64,000 bases of DNA from Octopus vulgaris. Lineage: Eukaryota. The position numbers and the translations under genes are program-made. The notes under the pieces were generated by a model. The model searched no databases and was not told where the DNA came from. It worked only from the letters and a program-made list of their open reading frames with translations. Numbering within the stretch: position 1 is the stretch's first letter; every line of letters begins with the position of its first letter. The stretch lies in NCBI GenBank assembly GCA_951406725.2, contig OX597830.1, forward strand, positions 11,780,001-11,844,000, written 5' to 3'. Positions 1 through 16,099 of the stretch are shown here, one piece after another.

Positions 1-721
1 ATATGAAAGAAAAAAAAAGAAGAAAAAGGAATGAAAAAATATAAAGAAGCTGGTTTATGAAATTTTTTCTCTATTCGTTCTCTACGTTTTTCTTTCAATC
101 TGACTCTTTTAGTTAAAATAACAATACACAACTTGTTCCTATAACAAATCCATGCGACAGACAGCGATACTAAAAAATTACACGTGACTCAAAGTTGCCG
201 TGTAACGAAGCTAACAACATACGTTCTTACTGCAAATGTAGTCGTCTGAAATTAATCAATTATATGTCGACTGTCAACTCCTCTCTATCGTTCTATCTTT
301 AATAATTATTCCTACACGCAAATATACTTTACCTACATAAGAGTAAGACTACCAATAACTCCTAATAAAACGGACAATTTTTCATTGACTTTTCAATTAA
401 TATTTCCAATATTAAACAAGGATTTAAAGCATTCAATGCAATTAATATTTGGGGATTTTGTAAATATTTCCCGGTTATTTTTGCGATCATTTTGATTTGG
501 TTGAAAGGCCTCTAATTAATGAGCGTATTTCTTCAAGGTTTAATTGTTTTAGTGAAGTTGTGCCAGAAGATCGAAAAGGGGTTACAGAAGCAGTTTATAG
601 GGAATTTGGTACCTATTTTAAAGCGCTCAAAACAGATTCTATTTTCTAATTATTTTTTTATTAATTTTTCTATATAAAATGCATAGAAAACCTGGCAAGA
701 TTTTAAAAATTCATTGTAACA

Positions 722-1302
<581 letters not shown>

Positions 1303-1442
1303 CAAACTTTCATAACCATCGTTATGTATCTGTCCAACTGTTCGAATAATTGCTTTCCACTTTACGCATTTCTTTAATCTTCTACCTTTATCTCTGATTT
1401 GTGCTTCTCATGCCATTCTCTCTGACTTGAAAATGCGCGCGC

Positions 1443-2081
1443 ATACACACATACATGCATACATACATATATGCATACATACATACATGCATACATACAT
1501 GCATATATACATACATACATGCATACATACATACATACATACATACATACATACATACATACATACATACATACATACATACATACATACACATACATAC
1601 ATACATACATACATACATACATACATACATACATACATACATACATACATACATACATACACATACATACATACATACATACATACATACATACATACAT
1701 ACATACATACATACATACATACATACACATACATACATACATACATACATACATACATACATACATACATGCATACATACATACATACATACATACATGC
1801 ATGCATATATACATACATACATACACATACATACATACATAGATACATACATACATAGATACATACATACATACATACATACATACATACATGCATACAT
1901 ACATACATACATACATACATACATACATACATACATACATACATACATACATACATACATACATACATGCATACATACATGCATATATACATACATGCAT
2001 ACATACATACATACATATATACATACATACATACATACATACATACATACATACATAGATACATACAAACATACATACATG

Positions 2082-2150
<69 letters not shown>
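1443..2150. repeat. (TACA)n microsatellite followed by (TA)n
   Basis: Seen directly; source of the HTYI/MYVC ORFs. Confidence 0.98.
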
Positions 2151-2153
<3 letters not shown>

Positions 2154-2612
2154 CGTGTGTGTGTGTTTGTGTGTGTAAGAGAGAGAGGAGAGGGGGAGAG
2201 AGAAGGAGAGAGGGAAGAGAGAAGGAGAGGGGGAGAGAGGGAAGAGAAAAGGAGTGGAGAGAGAGAGAGAGAGAGAGAGAAGGAGAGGGGACAGAGAGAG
2301 GGGGAGATAGAGAGGTGGGAGGAAGAGAATAAAGCCAGATTACTTCGGGAGAGAGATAGTGGGAAGAAAAAAAGAATTGCGAATACAATACCTGTGTCTG
2401 TTTCCACCTCCTCCATCTGCTGCAAAGCTCATCTAGGTCACAATCCCTAGCAATTTTCTTCGTCATTCTTTCCACACTCTCTCCTTCGCTCTCTCATTCT
2501 TTCCTTATTCTCTGCTGCAACGATATTACATGGTAAATGTGCGTGTGTGGAACACTTAACCTCAAAACAAGAATAACAATAAATGGAAGAACACAACACA
2601 GGCTGCGTGTGT

Positions 2613-3003
<391 letters not shown>

Positions 3004-3196
3004 TTTTTTTATTTTTATTTATTTTTTATTTTATCCCCCCCTTTTTTTGGTCCTCTTTCTTTCCATTTACGATCCCTTTTGATCGAAAACCAAACCCCCT
3101 TCTTTTACCCCCAAAAGAAAAGCTCTACCTTGTAATTTGTCCTGTGTGTGTGCAGCCCTGTGTGGCTAATAAAGAAACATATCTATCAATCTATCA

Positions 3197-3252
<56 letters not shown>

Positions 3253-3748
3253 TATTTATCTATCTGTCTGTCTGTCTGTCTACCTGCCTGTCTACTTGTC
3301 TGTCTATCTGCCTGCCGGTGCTTGTGTGCGTGTGGTGTGTGGTGTGTTCGTATTCATGTATGTTTGTGTGTGTACGTGTATGAATATGGTGTTATGGTGC
3401 ATCTCCGTCATTCGACGATGAGGATTCAACTATTCAGTCGATTGAATAACCAGCTTCAGAATTAACGCGTAAGCGACTGAGTAATTCGCAGATATGAGTA
3501 CTCTTAACGCAGAATAAGCCCCACAGTGTGTGACAAGACCGTACCATTCCAGTGACAGATAGAATCCATTTGCCGGTCTTTTCCACAATTTGCATTTCTA
3601 TACAGTCTACTTAATTTCACTTACAAAATATGAGTCGACTCGAGATTATGATAAATTATATTTGCCTATGGCACCACGCAATGGGAACCGAACACGATAT
3701 CTCAGGGCTGAGTGCACTATATAACTATTCCATGCATACATATGTATG

Positions 3749-3795
<47 letters not shown>

Positions 3796-3854
3796 CATGA
3801 AGTTAAAAGTTATGGCAGGTGACCAAGTGCGAAACTAATAGTCATTCTATGACC

Positions 3855-4275
3855 AGATCTTTTCGGTTTGAATGACAGTTTTTTTCTAGCGGTGTCATAT
3901 GAAATTGTCACCCATAATTATGACCCTAGTATCGATCTATTGCATTTCAATCTGTTTTAGGGTTAGGGTTAGGAGTGGGGGAAGGGTATATTTTTTTCTT
4001 CACAAATGTAAATAAACCCAATCTGTTTCTTAAATGAGGGACACATATTCATACGGCACAGAATGTTTTTTTTTACCTCAATGGACGTCAGTGATTGGTT
4101 GAAATTGCAGAAATTGAAGAAAAAAACAACAAATATCTTCCAAAGTATAGAATTTTCTCAATAAAGCCAAGAGAAAAAGATGCTTTATAAACACATTCTA
4201 CCAGTATACGAAGTTTAAAATTTTTTAGTTACCGAGAAATTATGTTAAAAACTGCCGTTCAAACAGAAAAGATCC
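3855..4275. mobile_element. MITE with ~29-bp TIRs and 8-bp TSD (Merlin/hAT/P-type), internal TTAGGG repeats
   Basis: TIRs AGATCTTTTCGGTTTGAATGACAGTTTTT / AAAAACTGCCGTTCAAACAGAAAAGATCC; TSD CTATGACC at 3847-3854 and 4276-4283; second copy at 54819-54960. Confidence 0.9.
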
Positions 4276-4439
4276 CTATGACCGGCCATAACTTTTAACT
4301 TCTTAAAATATACATTACTACTCTAATGCTTTAACGTGTGCTTCTTTTCGGATAGATGAACTACTGACGAAATATGTATATATATATTTATATATATATA
4401 TATATATATAAATATATATATACAAATATATATATATAT

Positions 4440-4708
4440 AAATACAAATTGGGACAAGAACGCAAAACATCCAAACAATTAGGTGTTACAAAAAAGGAAC
4501 AACAAAACATCCAGAAAGACGATACAAAGAAAACAAGGACCGGTCATTCGGAGTTTTCTTTCCTCAGTCCAGTTCCAGATTATCTTTGAAATTTCGGCTG
4601 GTTATACTCGAGATTGCTCCAATCTGGCCAGCCCCAAAGAAAAAGTAAGCTAAGTGCGTTAGATTTCTTGGAAGAAAGCAGCGAATGTATACAAAAACAA
4701 GGACAGAA
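4440..4708 (-). repeat. Dispersed non-coding repeat family X in (TA)n
   Basis: Homologous by eye to 7155-7560 (+) and 50810-51200 (-). Confidence 0.7.
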
Positions 4709-4721
4709 ATATATATATAAA

Positions 4722-5087
4722 ACTCGACTCCGTCGGTCACGAATGACCATAGGTGTACCTATGAGGTTCCCTCTCTGGGGTACAAGTCTGGACGGAAAGT
4801 CGCCTCATCGGCGAACGCACAACCTAGGGTTGTTTTTATGGAAGACCAGCAGTGGCCAATGCATACCAGTCTCCCCTCTCCATGCCACCGATGTTATCCA
4901 AAGGAAAGACAAAGGCCGATACCACTTGGCACCAGTGAGTTACGTTGCAACTCATTTCTACAGCTGAGTGAGCTGGAACAACGTGAAATAAAGTGTCTTG
5001 CTCAAGAATACAACATACAGCCCGATACGGGAATCGAACTCACAACCTCATAATGGACGCTCTAACCACTGAGCCATGCGCCTTCAC
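4722..5087 (-). mobile_element. tRNA-derived CORE-type SINE (family C)
   Basis: Minus-strand head GTGAAGGCGCATGGCTCAGTGGTTAGAGCG...GTTCGATTCCC (A/B boxes) then CORE-like TTCTTGAGCAAGACACTT; second copy at 21556-21880. Confidence 0.85.
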
Positions 5088-5101
5088 TATATACATATAT
5101 A

Positions 5102-6356
5102 CACAGAAATACAGGAAGTAAATAGACACCTTTAATTTTCAAAATCTTTTATCTAATATGCAAAATGAACAATTGAAATGTAATCGATAGGTAGGACTAC
5201 ATACTTTAGTATTTAGTTGACACTCCCTTTGCAGTTTTTAATTCAGAAACTATTTTTGGCGTTGAAATGGTGAGCTTTGTGATTGTCTATTGTGGAATTT
5301 CTGCCCAATTTTCACGCAACAATCGAAACAATTCATCTTTAGATCTAGGTTTCTGCCGAATTTTTCATATAGCTCTATCTAATATGCTCCAAAGAATTTC
5401 AGTTGGGTTCATGTCAGGAGATTGCCTCGACCAAAGAAGCTTTTTGATCCCATTTTCAGTCAGCCATTGTTGATTCCTTTTCGCTGTGTGGCACGGAGTC
5501 CCATTTTCCACGAATAAAAATTCACTTTTCGTTATGTTATAGCGTGAATACATCGGAAGTTGTCCTTGCTTAAATATTTCGATGTATTTTTCAGAGTTTA
5601 TGGTTCCAACACATTCGATCAGCTCAAAACAACCATTGCTGGTGACAGCTCCTCAAAGCATTACAGAGATACCGCCATGTTTCACAGTTAGTTGGAGTCG
5701 TTTCAAATCAAATTCTTGATTGGGAAGCCTCCAGACACAAACACGTTCACTGTCTGAAAATTCATCTGAGAAAATCACTCTATCCCAAAATGAACTGGAT
5801 TTTTCTGACATCTCCTTAGCCCATTTCTTTATTTTCATGATATTAATAGGAGAGGTTTTCTTTTTGCTGCTCATCCATAATACCCAAGCTTATGCAGATA
5901 TGCAGCACACGTTCTTGGACTAACTTCTAGCTGCTTTGCAATGTCAGAAGCCTTCGAACGGGGTTCATTTTCCATAATTCTCTTCAAACAGCGAAGCTTC
6001 CTTTCCGAGGGCCCATGTCGGCCGGGATGAGAATCTATTGATTCTTTTCCTTGGTTTTTGAATTGCACTATAATTCTATTAACAACAGCAAGAGGAATTT
6101 GAAGATTTTCAGCAATTTTTGACTGGCTAAGACCAGCCTCAAATTGCCCAACAATACCACCTCTTTGAAAACCTGACAGTTCTGCTGAATTTTTTGTGTG
6201 TGACATGGTTACTCTTCGCAAATGTTTAATATAATGGCAACTGAAATGAAAAAGAATAATTACACTGTAAATTCTACACCGCTGAAAACATATTAAGACA
6301 CTTAGGTCAGAAATTTTGAAAATTAAAGGTGTCTATTTACTTTCTGCATGTCTGTG
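5102..6356 (-). mobile_element. Full-length decayed Tc1 (DD34E) DNA transposon
   Basis: ~44-bp TIRs CACAGAAATACAGGAAGTAAATAGACACCTTTAATTTTCAAAAT, TA-flanked, enclosing a transposase pseudogene. Confidence 0.93.
5200..6206 (-). pseudogene. Tc1 transposase, frameshifted
   Basis: HTH (ELSGFQRGGIVG...LSQSKIA), [22 protein letters not shown] (second catalytic D mutated to N) and SPDMNPTEILW with 34-aa spacing. Confidence 0.92.
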
Positions 6357-6703
6357 TATATATATATATATATATATGTATACGCACAAACCCGCACACG
6401 TCTATATACGCACACACACGCGCACGCACAAAAAAGATCGTACATACGTCTATACACAAGAAAAAACAGGTTAAAAATTACAAAAATACAGGAAAAAGTG
6501 TAAAAACACTGAGTAAAACACGTCTATATACGCACATACTCGCATGCACGCACACACGCACACATCTATATACGCACATATCCGCACATACGCACACATA
6601 CTCACGCGCGCACAAAAGAATCCATATACACGTCTATATACGCACATGGGAAAATGCAGGGTGGAAGGTAGAATACAGAAAAATTATGTGTAAAAAATAT
6701 ATA

Positions 6704-7098
6704 AGCTGGAGTGGCTGTGTGGTAAGTAGCTTGCTAACCAGCCACATGGTTCCGGGTTCAGTCCCACTGCGTGGCATCTTGGGCAAGTGTCTTCTGCTAT
6801 AGCCCCGGGCCGACCAATGCCTTGTGAGTGGATTTGGTAGACGGAAACTGAAAGAAGCCTGTCGTATATATATGTATGTGTGTGTGTGTTTGTGTGTCTG
6901 TGTGTTTGTGTGTCTGTGTTTGTCCCCCGATGCTGGTGTGTTTACGTCCCCGTCACTTAGCGGTTCGGCAAAAGAGACCGATAGAATAAGTACTAAGCTT
7001 ACAAAGAATAAGTCCTGGGGTCGATTTACTCGACTAAAGGCGGTGCTCCAGCATGGCCGCAGTCAAATGACTGAAACAAGTAAAAGAGTAAAGAGTAA
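6704..7098 (+). mobile_element. tRNA-derived SINE family A
   Basis: Head GGAGTGGCTGTGTGGTAAGTAGC...GGTTCAGTCCC, internal (TG)n, tail (AGAGTAAA)n; more than 10 copies in the window. Confidence 0.92.
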
Positions 7099-7137
7099 GC
7101 AATAAACCTATAAACCAATATCTTTATAAATATGTAA

Positions 7138-7560
7138 AAAACAACAGACGTCTTTAAAGACGCCTGTTGTTTTTGTCCTGTTATTATTAATATTGTTTTT
7201 TTTTTGTATTTATATTCGTATTACCTTTTGTTTTTTGTATTTATTTTCGTGTAACATCGTCCGTTTTTCTGTCCTTGTCTCGTATACATTCGATCCTTTT
7301 TCCAGGCTAATCTAGTGCTCGTAGCTTAGTTTTTCCTTGGGGCTGGCCAGATCGGAGCAATCTCAAGATTAATCAACCGAAATTGCGACGATGATCCGGT
7401 TCTTGACTGAAGATTAGAGGCTTCGGATGACCTGTCCGTTTTTGTATCGTCTATTTAAATGTTTTGCGTTCTTGTTCCATTTTGTATTTTTATATATATT
7501 TTTTATACATATGTTTTTGCGGCGTACGTACACCTTCCTCTTATATGTATGTAAGTATTC
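7138..7560 (+). repeat. Repeat family X with a short 5' fold-back (7138-7172)
   Basis: AACAACAGACGTCTTT|AAAGACGCCTGTTGTT palindrome at its start; homologous to 4440-4708 and 50810-51200. Confidence 0.7.
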
Positions 7561-7563
7561 CAC

Positions 7564-7644
<81 letters not shown>

Positions 7645-7648
7645 ATAT

Positions 7649-8207
7649 ATGCCAAATATGCCGAAAATAGACAAATCGTCAATAACCATATAATTTATCA
7701 TTATAAGCACGCGTCTCGAACTAAGCCGAGAGAAATTTCCAAAAATTTCCGTTATTATTGTATCGGTCCCAATTTCAGAGATAATTCATAAGAATTTTCT
7801 CCTCGTCAGCGATAAATACGGTAAGAAATAAATGAAATACTTACTTATACCCATGGAAGAAGCAAACACTAAGTCATGTGCACACTTCAGTACCCCAAAT
7901 ATATTCAAAATAGAAATTCTCCAGCACACCTCAAGACACGTGTGATCGGACTGAAAACTCTCACAGAGTGATAGAGTCCGGAAGTGAACACTATTAAATT
8001 TACATTTAATATAGGATAACATTTTTTGAAAAAAAATTCTATCAATGGCCAGCATATTAAAAAATACCTTTAAAGGTTAAATTTATAAACAACTTATAAA
8101 CAAGAGCAAAAGAAAAAAATTCTAATGCCAAATATGCCGAAAATAGACAAATCGTCAATAACCATATAATTTATCACTATAAGCACACATCTCGAACTAA
8201 GCCGACA
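7649..8207 (-). repeat. Hammerhead-bearing repeat (same family as the 28205-28756 fold-back) plus a partial second copy at 8125-8207
   Basis: TGCCAAATATGCCGAAA... shared with 28205. Confidence 0.85.
7761..7814 (-). ncRNA. Hammerhead ribozyme-like motif (cleavage triplet mutated to GAC)
   Basis: UAUCG CUGACGA GGAGAAAAUUC UUAU GAAUUAUCUCU GAAA UUGG GAC CGAUA; perfect 5-bp stem I. Confidence 0.7.
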
Positions 8208-8229
8208 GTCTGTTCGTAAAATGCAGACA

Positions 8230-8446
8230 TGTATACCATAAGATAGTTCTCGGGGAGATTCAGCCTCACATAGAATGTAACAAGGCTGGTCCCTTTGAAT
8301 TACAGCCACAACTCATTTTTACCAGCTGAGTCGACTGCAGCAGGTGAAGCACAGTAGGTTGCTCAAGAACACAGCGCGCCGCAGAGAATGGTACTCATAA
8401 CTTTACGATCGTGGGCCGAATACCCCTAACCACTGTGCTACGCACC
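8230..8446 (-). mobile_element. Diverged CORE-type SINE (family C relative)
   Basis: tRNA-like head and TTCTTGAGCAA motif on the minus strand. Confidence 0.65.
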
Positions 8447-8908
8447 TTTACTGTCTTAACCGTAGAGAAGAGGAATGAAGCGATAGAGAGCGCGATTCGA
8501 TTGTAAGATATTTTATTAGTTAAGCGATATTTCAACAGTACGTCTGTTTTTGTCAAGTTCAAAATAAGAAGTGATACAAATTGAAAATTACAGAACTTTA
8601 AACATAAGGTATGAACGAGAGTAACCAGCGTCCACACGTTGATGGAATGATATCATTAGTTTTTAAGTTACAATTTTATAACAGGCGAAAAGAAAAAGAC
8701 AGAAAAAATCAGAAAAAATAAGACGACAGAAAGTAAGGAAAGAAAAAGAGAGAAAGAAGAATATTTAATCAAACAGTTATGTATAAATTTGATGATATTC
8801 TCCTGTCATCTTATTCATTCCTCCAGAGCGTGATGTTAATAATAAAAACATATTTCTCGTTTTGGGCCTCCGTCAATTCAAATAATAATAAAAAAAAAAA
8901 AAAAAAAA

Positions 8909-9500
<592 letters not shown>

Positions 9501-9506
9501 AAAATG

Positions 9507-9538
<32 letters not shown>

Positions 9539-9584
9539 AATAATAATAATAACAACAACAGCGACAACGCTGATGATGATAAAA

Positions 9585-10320
9585 TGGAATTTGGCCTCAA
9601 GAAGTGCGGAATAATCTAGCTAAAAAGAGGCAGAGTACAGTCACTAGCAGGGACAGAGCTGCCGAATAGAGACTTGATTAAGCAAATTGAAACGGAAGGA
9701 AACAAATACCTTGGTGCACAAGAGTTCAACGAGAAAATGGGAAATGAAATGAAAGAGCAACTGTGGGTGGTGTATTTCCGAAGACTGAGGTTGGTGCTGC
9801 GCTCAAAATTGACTGGATGGAATAAAATCCAAGAAGCTAATACGTGGGTGGTAGCATCACCTCGGCATGGAGGGGGAATTATAGAATTGCAAAAGAGGGA
9901 AATTAAGAAAATGGATACCAAAACCAGAAAAATGTTGACAGTACTTGGAGCCCTCCACCCTAAGAGTAACACTGAAAGACTACTTGTCCAGAAGAAAGGG
10001 TGGGAGAGGTTTGATCAATTGTCAGGACTGTATCGAAGCAGAGGAAAACAGCCAAAGGTGGCATATAAAAATGCCGTGGAGCCATTGTTTAAGCGTACAA
10101 AGAAGGCCGGTGTCATCGAAACTGAAAATTGTGTAATGAAAGAAAATTTAAGCAAGAAATGAACACCAAAAAAGTAAGCGAATGGAAAGAAGAAAACTGT
10201 ACGGTCAGTTTGCAAGAGATGTGAACGCCAAGACAAATACAGAGGACCGGTGGCTATGGATGAGGAGGAGTGACCTGAAGACAGAGACAGAAGCACTCAT
10301 ATGCGCAAGAATGATCCATT
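9585..10320 (+). mobile_element. R4/Dong-like RT-thumb fragment with the zinc knuckle deleted
   Basis: FGLKKC...KYLG...YFRRLRLVLRSKL..NKI...DTKTRKMLT...HPKS; inverted near-copy at 13222-13825. Confidence 0.88.
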
Positions 10321-10330
10321 AATAATAATA

Positions 10331-10750
10331 AATGCCCTGATGCAGTACCAAGCAGTAGCTCTCGTGGCTTCTGATCTTAACTTATTGGAAGTGTTATCAT
10401 GTACATTGTTTTGTCTTGGTATAAAAGATGGGCTACAGCAAATATTCTGCTCAATACCACAGATTTGCTTGTCAGTTGTTTGACCTTAACCAGTTGAGCA
10501 TGTCCCTTAGTGACTGACGATATGTGCATCACTGATCACGAGCAGAAGTAGTGGGAGAGGGTCATGGCCATGTATTGGGAGAGGATCATAGTCAAGAATT
10601 CTTTGAGGTTTGGATAACTCATATCTGGAAACATAGTTGTGATGCATGTACCTGGTGTACCCTTATCAGACGGGTAATCATGATGGTTATATTGGGTTTC
10701 GTATATTTTACCCCAGTGTCACTTTAATGGCAAGCACTGCTCTCCCACTC
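10331..10750 (+). mobile_element. (TAA)n-targeted non-autonomous retroposon (internally deleted copy)
   Basis: One of six copies, all ending ...CACTC-AATAAT. Confidence 0.88.
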
Positions 10751-10821
<71 letters not shown>

Positions 10822-10872
10822 TTAATAAATATATTAATAATATATAAGGAAATTTATACTTATATATGTGTG

Positions 10873-10938
<66 letters not shown>

Positions 10939-10948
10939 AATAATAATG

Positions 10949-12052
<1,104 letters not shown>

Positions 12053-12252
12053 GAGTGAGAGAGCAGTGCATGCCATCAAAGTGACACTGGGGTAAAATAT
12101 ACGAAGCCCAATATACCCATCATGATTACCCGTCTGATAAAGGTACACCAGGCACATGCATCACAACCATATGTGCGCGACATGGTGATCTCATATCAAG
12201 ATAAACAGCACATGACCTTGCAGGTGGGGCCCAGTTAGAATTTTCTTCAGGT
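12053..12252 (-). mobile_element. (TAA)n-targeted retroposon, 5'-truncated
   Basis: 3' 200 bp of the family, within (TTA)n. Confidence 0.88.
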
Positions 12253-12288
12253 TTATTATTATCATTATTATTATCATTATTATTATTA

Positions 12289-12406
<118 letters not shown>

Positions 12407-12426
12407 TATTATTATTATTATTATTA

Positions 12427-12575
<149 letters not shown>

Positions 12576-12579
12576 TTAC

Positions 12580-15030
12580 TGGGTACGCTGGAAAGTGTCA
12601 GCTGTTCACAGCCCGCAGACTAAGTTGACGCTTATTAAATTATCATGCTTCAAGAACCCTACGAAGAATTCTTGCAGTTCCAAGTAATGCTGATTTTTGT
12701 AGGTATTCTACCTTCACACTTGCACCGATCTTTAATTGGAGTTTTTTGTCTGGGGATTTCAATCCGTGTGTCCTTTGTTTTCTTGTAAAGGTCATGTTTA
12801 GCAATTATTCTTTGTTGGGTTTATTAGTTTCCCTTTGCTTGCTTCGAGTAGAAAAGATATATCTGCTCATAGTTGCATTATCAACCGGTTTAAAAATGCA
12901 TCAATTATTAATGGCATCACGCCTACTCTCTTCAATGACCGCAATCTTCGTATTTTCCACTTCAGATCGTCATAGTTGTCTATTTTTTCTTCTTCTTTCA
13001 CATTGATCCTGTTATCTCCGTAGTATGCTATATCGATTATAATACATGCTCTTTCTTTTTATTCACCACAACAATGTCCGGTTTCCGATGTCTGGTCGGT
13101 TGATCGCACTGGATCATTGCCTCCCACAGGATTTTGCAATCCTCATTTTCAGTGGCTTCTTCTGGGGTTTACGCATATCATATCTTTGCTATTTGTAGGC
13201 CGTGATTTCCACAGAGCTCCCAATGGATCATTCTTGCGCATATGAGTGCTTCTGTCTCTGTATTCAGGTCACTCCTCCTCATCCATAGTCACCGGTCCTC
13301 TGTATCTCTCTTAGCGTTTACATCTCTTGCAAACTGACCGTACAGTTTTCTTCTTTCCATGCGCTTACTTTTTTGGTGTTCATTACTTGCTTAGATTTTA
13401 TTTCATTTCACAATTTTCAGTTTTGATGTTACTCTTAGTGTTACTCTTAGGGTGGAAAGCTGCGTACACTGTCAACATTTTTCTGGTTTTGGTATCCACT
13501 TTCTTCATTTCTCTCTTTTGCCATTTTATAATTCCCCATCCATGCCGAGGCGATGCTATCACCCACGTATTAGCTTCTTGGATTTTATTCCATCTAGTCA
13601 ATTTTGAGCGCAGCACCAACCTCAGTCTTCGGAAATACACCACCCACATTTGCTCTTTCATTTCATTTCCCATTTTCTCGCTGAACTCTAGTGCACCAAG
13701 GTATTTGTTTCCTTCCGTTTCAATTTGCTTAATCAAGTCTCTATTCGGCAGCTCTATCCCTGCCGGTGACTGTACTCTGCCTCTTTTTAGCTAGATTATT
13801 CCGCACTTCTTGAGGCCAAATTTCATTCCAATATCAGTACTAAAGCAGTGGACTGTGTTCACCAAGGAACTCACTTGTGTGTCAATCTTGCCATGCAGTT
13901 TCAAATCATCCATGCAGAGGAGGTGGTTGATTGTTTGAGATTTTCCCTTTGGTACCCCAGGCTCATTCTCCTATGTGCCAAGGTCAGGGGGTAATACGCA
14001 GATAACAATAAGTAACGGAGATAAGCTATCACCCTGGAAAATCCTTCTTCTGATACCCAGGATGCTCAAGGTTTTTCCGTAAGATGTCTGTGCAGTTTTC
14101 CACCCCACCATACTTCTCTTCAGAAAACACGCTACATTTCTCGCAATTCCTAGAAGATCTAAGCACTCGATGACCCACGATAGTCAATCGAGGCCATTCC
14201 CGAATGTGTTCTTCTTAGTTGACAGTCTTGGATTACCATTTTGTCTATCAATAATTGATCTTTCCTACCTCTGCGTCTCCTTCTACAGCCTTTTTCTTCC
14301 GTCGGTAATATATCGTTCTCATCAAGAAATTTGTACAGTTCTTCTGCAGTTCCTCCTGACAGTAACTTCCTGACAGGAAATTGGTTTGTAATTGTTAGCA
14401 GCATTTTCCTTTGATGCATCCTTTAGCTACAACACTGTTCATCCTTTTGTCAACCAGCCCGGGATTTTTTCTTTTCCATTGATCAAAGCATTAAATTGCC
14501 CTGCAATCAATTTTTGGCAACTACTGAACTTTTTTTTTTTATCCCAAATCCCTGTACACTATCAGGTCCTACTGCTTTCTAAATGCTTATCTTTTTACTC
14601 ATATTTCTTCTCTTCAGTGAAATGGATAGCCTCTTGCTGGGGATAAGAAGCTGTTTGCTTCAGGCTGTAGAGCCATTCAGCTGTAGTATTATGTTGTTCT
14701 TGCTTACTCCATATCTTACCTCAGAAAAGTCGACTTTCATTAGTATCAGGGACTAATCTTTCACGTTTTTTATGATCAATAATCACTTAATAAAATCTCT
14801 TTTGGTCGGTTCTAAACAATTTGGTTTGCTGGTATTGCTTAATCCGTTGTTCAAACTTAGCTTTGCTTTTTTTGCATGTATGTGCTACTTCAGGGTTTCA
14901 GTTACAACATTTAGGCCTTTTGTATCAACACCATACTTCTTTCAAACTTCTTCGAATTTCCATTCATTCTTAACTTCTCCATTGACATTACACCGTTTAA
15001 GGAGTTTTTATCTTCTGAAGTTCTCTTTTT
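12580..15030 (-). mobile_element. Long decayed R4/Dong-like retrotransposon (RT and RLE)
   Basis: EEKGCRR...KDQLLIDK, RRIFQGDSLSPLL, NHLLCMDDLKL, KYLG, RKPDIV-like motif. Confidence 0.9.
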
Positions 15031-15043
15031 CCACCAAGATTGT

Positions 15044-15461
15044 TTACTCTTTTTTTTTACTTGTTTCAGTTATTTTGACTGCGGCCATGCTGGAGCACCG
15101 CCTTTAGTCGAGTAAATCGACCCCGGAACTTATTCTTTGTAAGCCCAGTACTTATTCTATCGGTCTCTTTTTGCCGAACCGCTAAGTGACGGGGACATAA
15201 ACACACCAGCATCGGTTGTCAAGCAATGCTAGGGAGACAAACACAGACACACAAACACACATATACATATATATATATATATATATATACATATATACGA
15301 CAGGCTTCTTTCAGTTTCCGTCTACCAAATCCACTCACAAGGCATTGGTCGGCCCGGGGCTATAGCAGAAGACACTTGCCTAAGGTGCCACGCAGTGGGA
15401 CTGAACCCGGAACCATGTGGTTGGTTAGCAAGCTACTTACCACACAGCCACTCCTGCGCCT
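15044..15461 (-). mobile_element. SINE family A
   Basis: Full-length reverse copy. Confidence 0.92.
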
Positions 15462-15656
15462 ATTTATTTACTAATCTAAAATAATGAAGAAACTCGCGAT
15501 CTTCAGCTCGTCGTTCCGCCGAAAAGGTAACAACGGAAAAGAGAAGGGTCTATTAAATAAGGTTTGGATGCAAAACCAACAATTTTTATGGGCCTTTAAA
15601 AATCCACGAGAGCAAAACAATAAGGGACGCATGTAGAGTATCAACCTTAATGTGGA

Positions 15657-15817
15657 GGCGCAGGAGTGGCTGTGGGGTAAGTAGCTTGCTTACCAACCAC
15701 ATGGTTCCGGGTTCAGTCCTACTGCGTGGCACCTTGGGCAGTCTTCTACTATAGCCTCGGGCCGACCAAAGCCTTGTGAGTGGATTTGGTAGACGGAAAC
15801 TGAAAGAAGCCCGTCGC

Positions 15818-15865
<48 letters not shown>

Positions 15866-16075
15866 ATATGTTTGTGTGTCTGTGTTTGTCCCCCTAGCAT
15901 TGCTTGACAACCAATGCTGCTGTGTTTATGTCCCCGTCACTTAGCAGTTCGGCTAAAGAGACCGATAGAATAAGTATTGGGCTTACAAAGAATAAGTCCC
16001 GGGGTCGAGTTGCTCGATTAAAGGCGGTGCTCCAGCATGGCCGCAGTGAAAATGACTGAAACAAGTAAAAAAAAA
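15657..16075 (+). mobile_element. SINE family A
   Basis: Full-length copy, head-to-head with 15044-15461. Confidence 0.92.
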
Positions 16076-16099
16076 AAGAAAAGAGAAAAAGAAATACCA

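Noticed and set aside
6704-6775. tRNA-like sequences with A/B boxes
   Set aside because: They are SINE heads that run into SINE bodies, not tRNA genes
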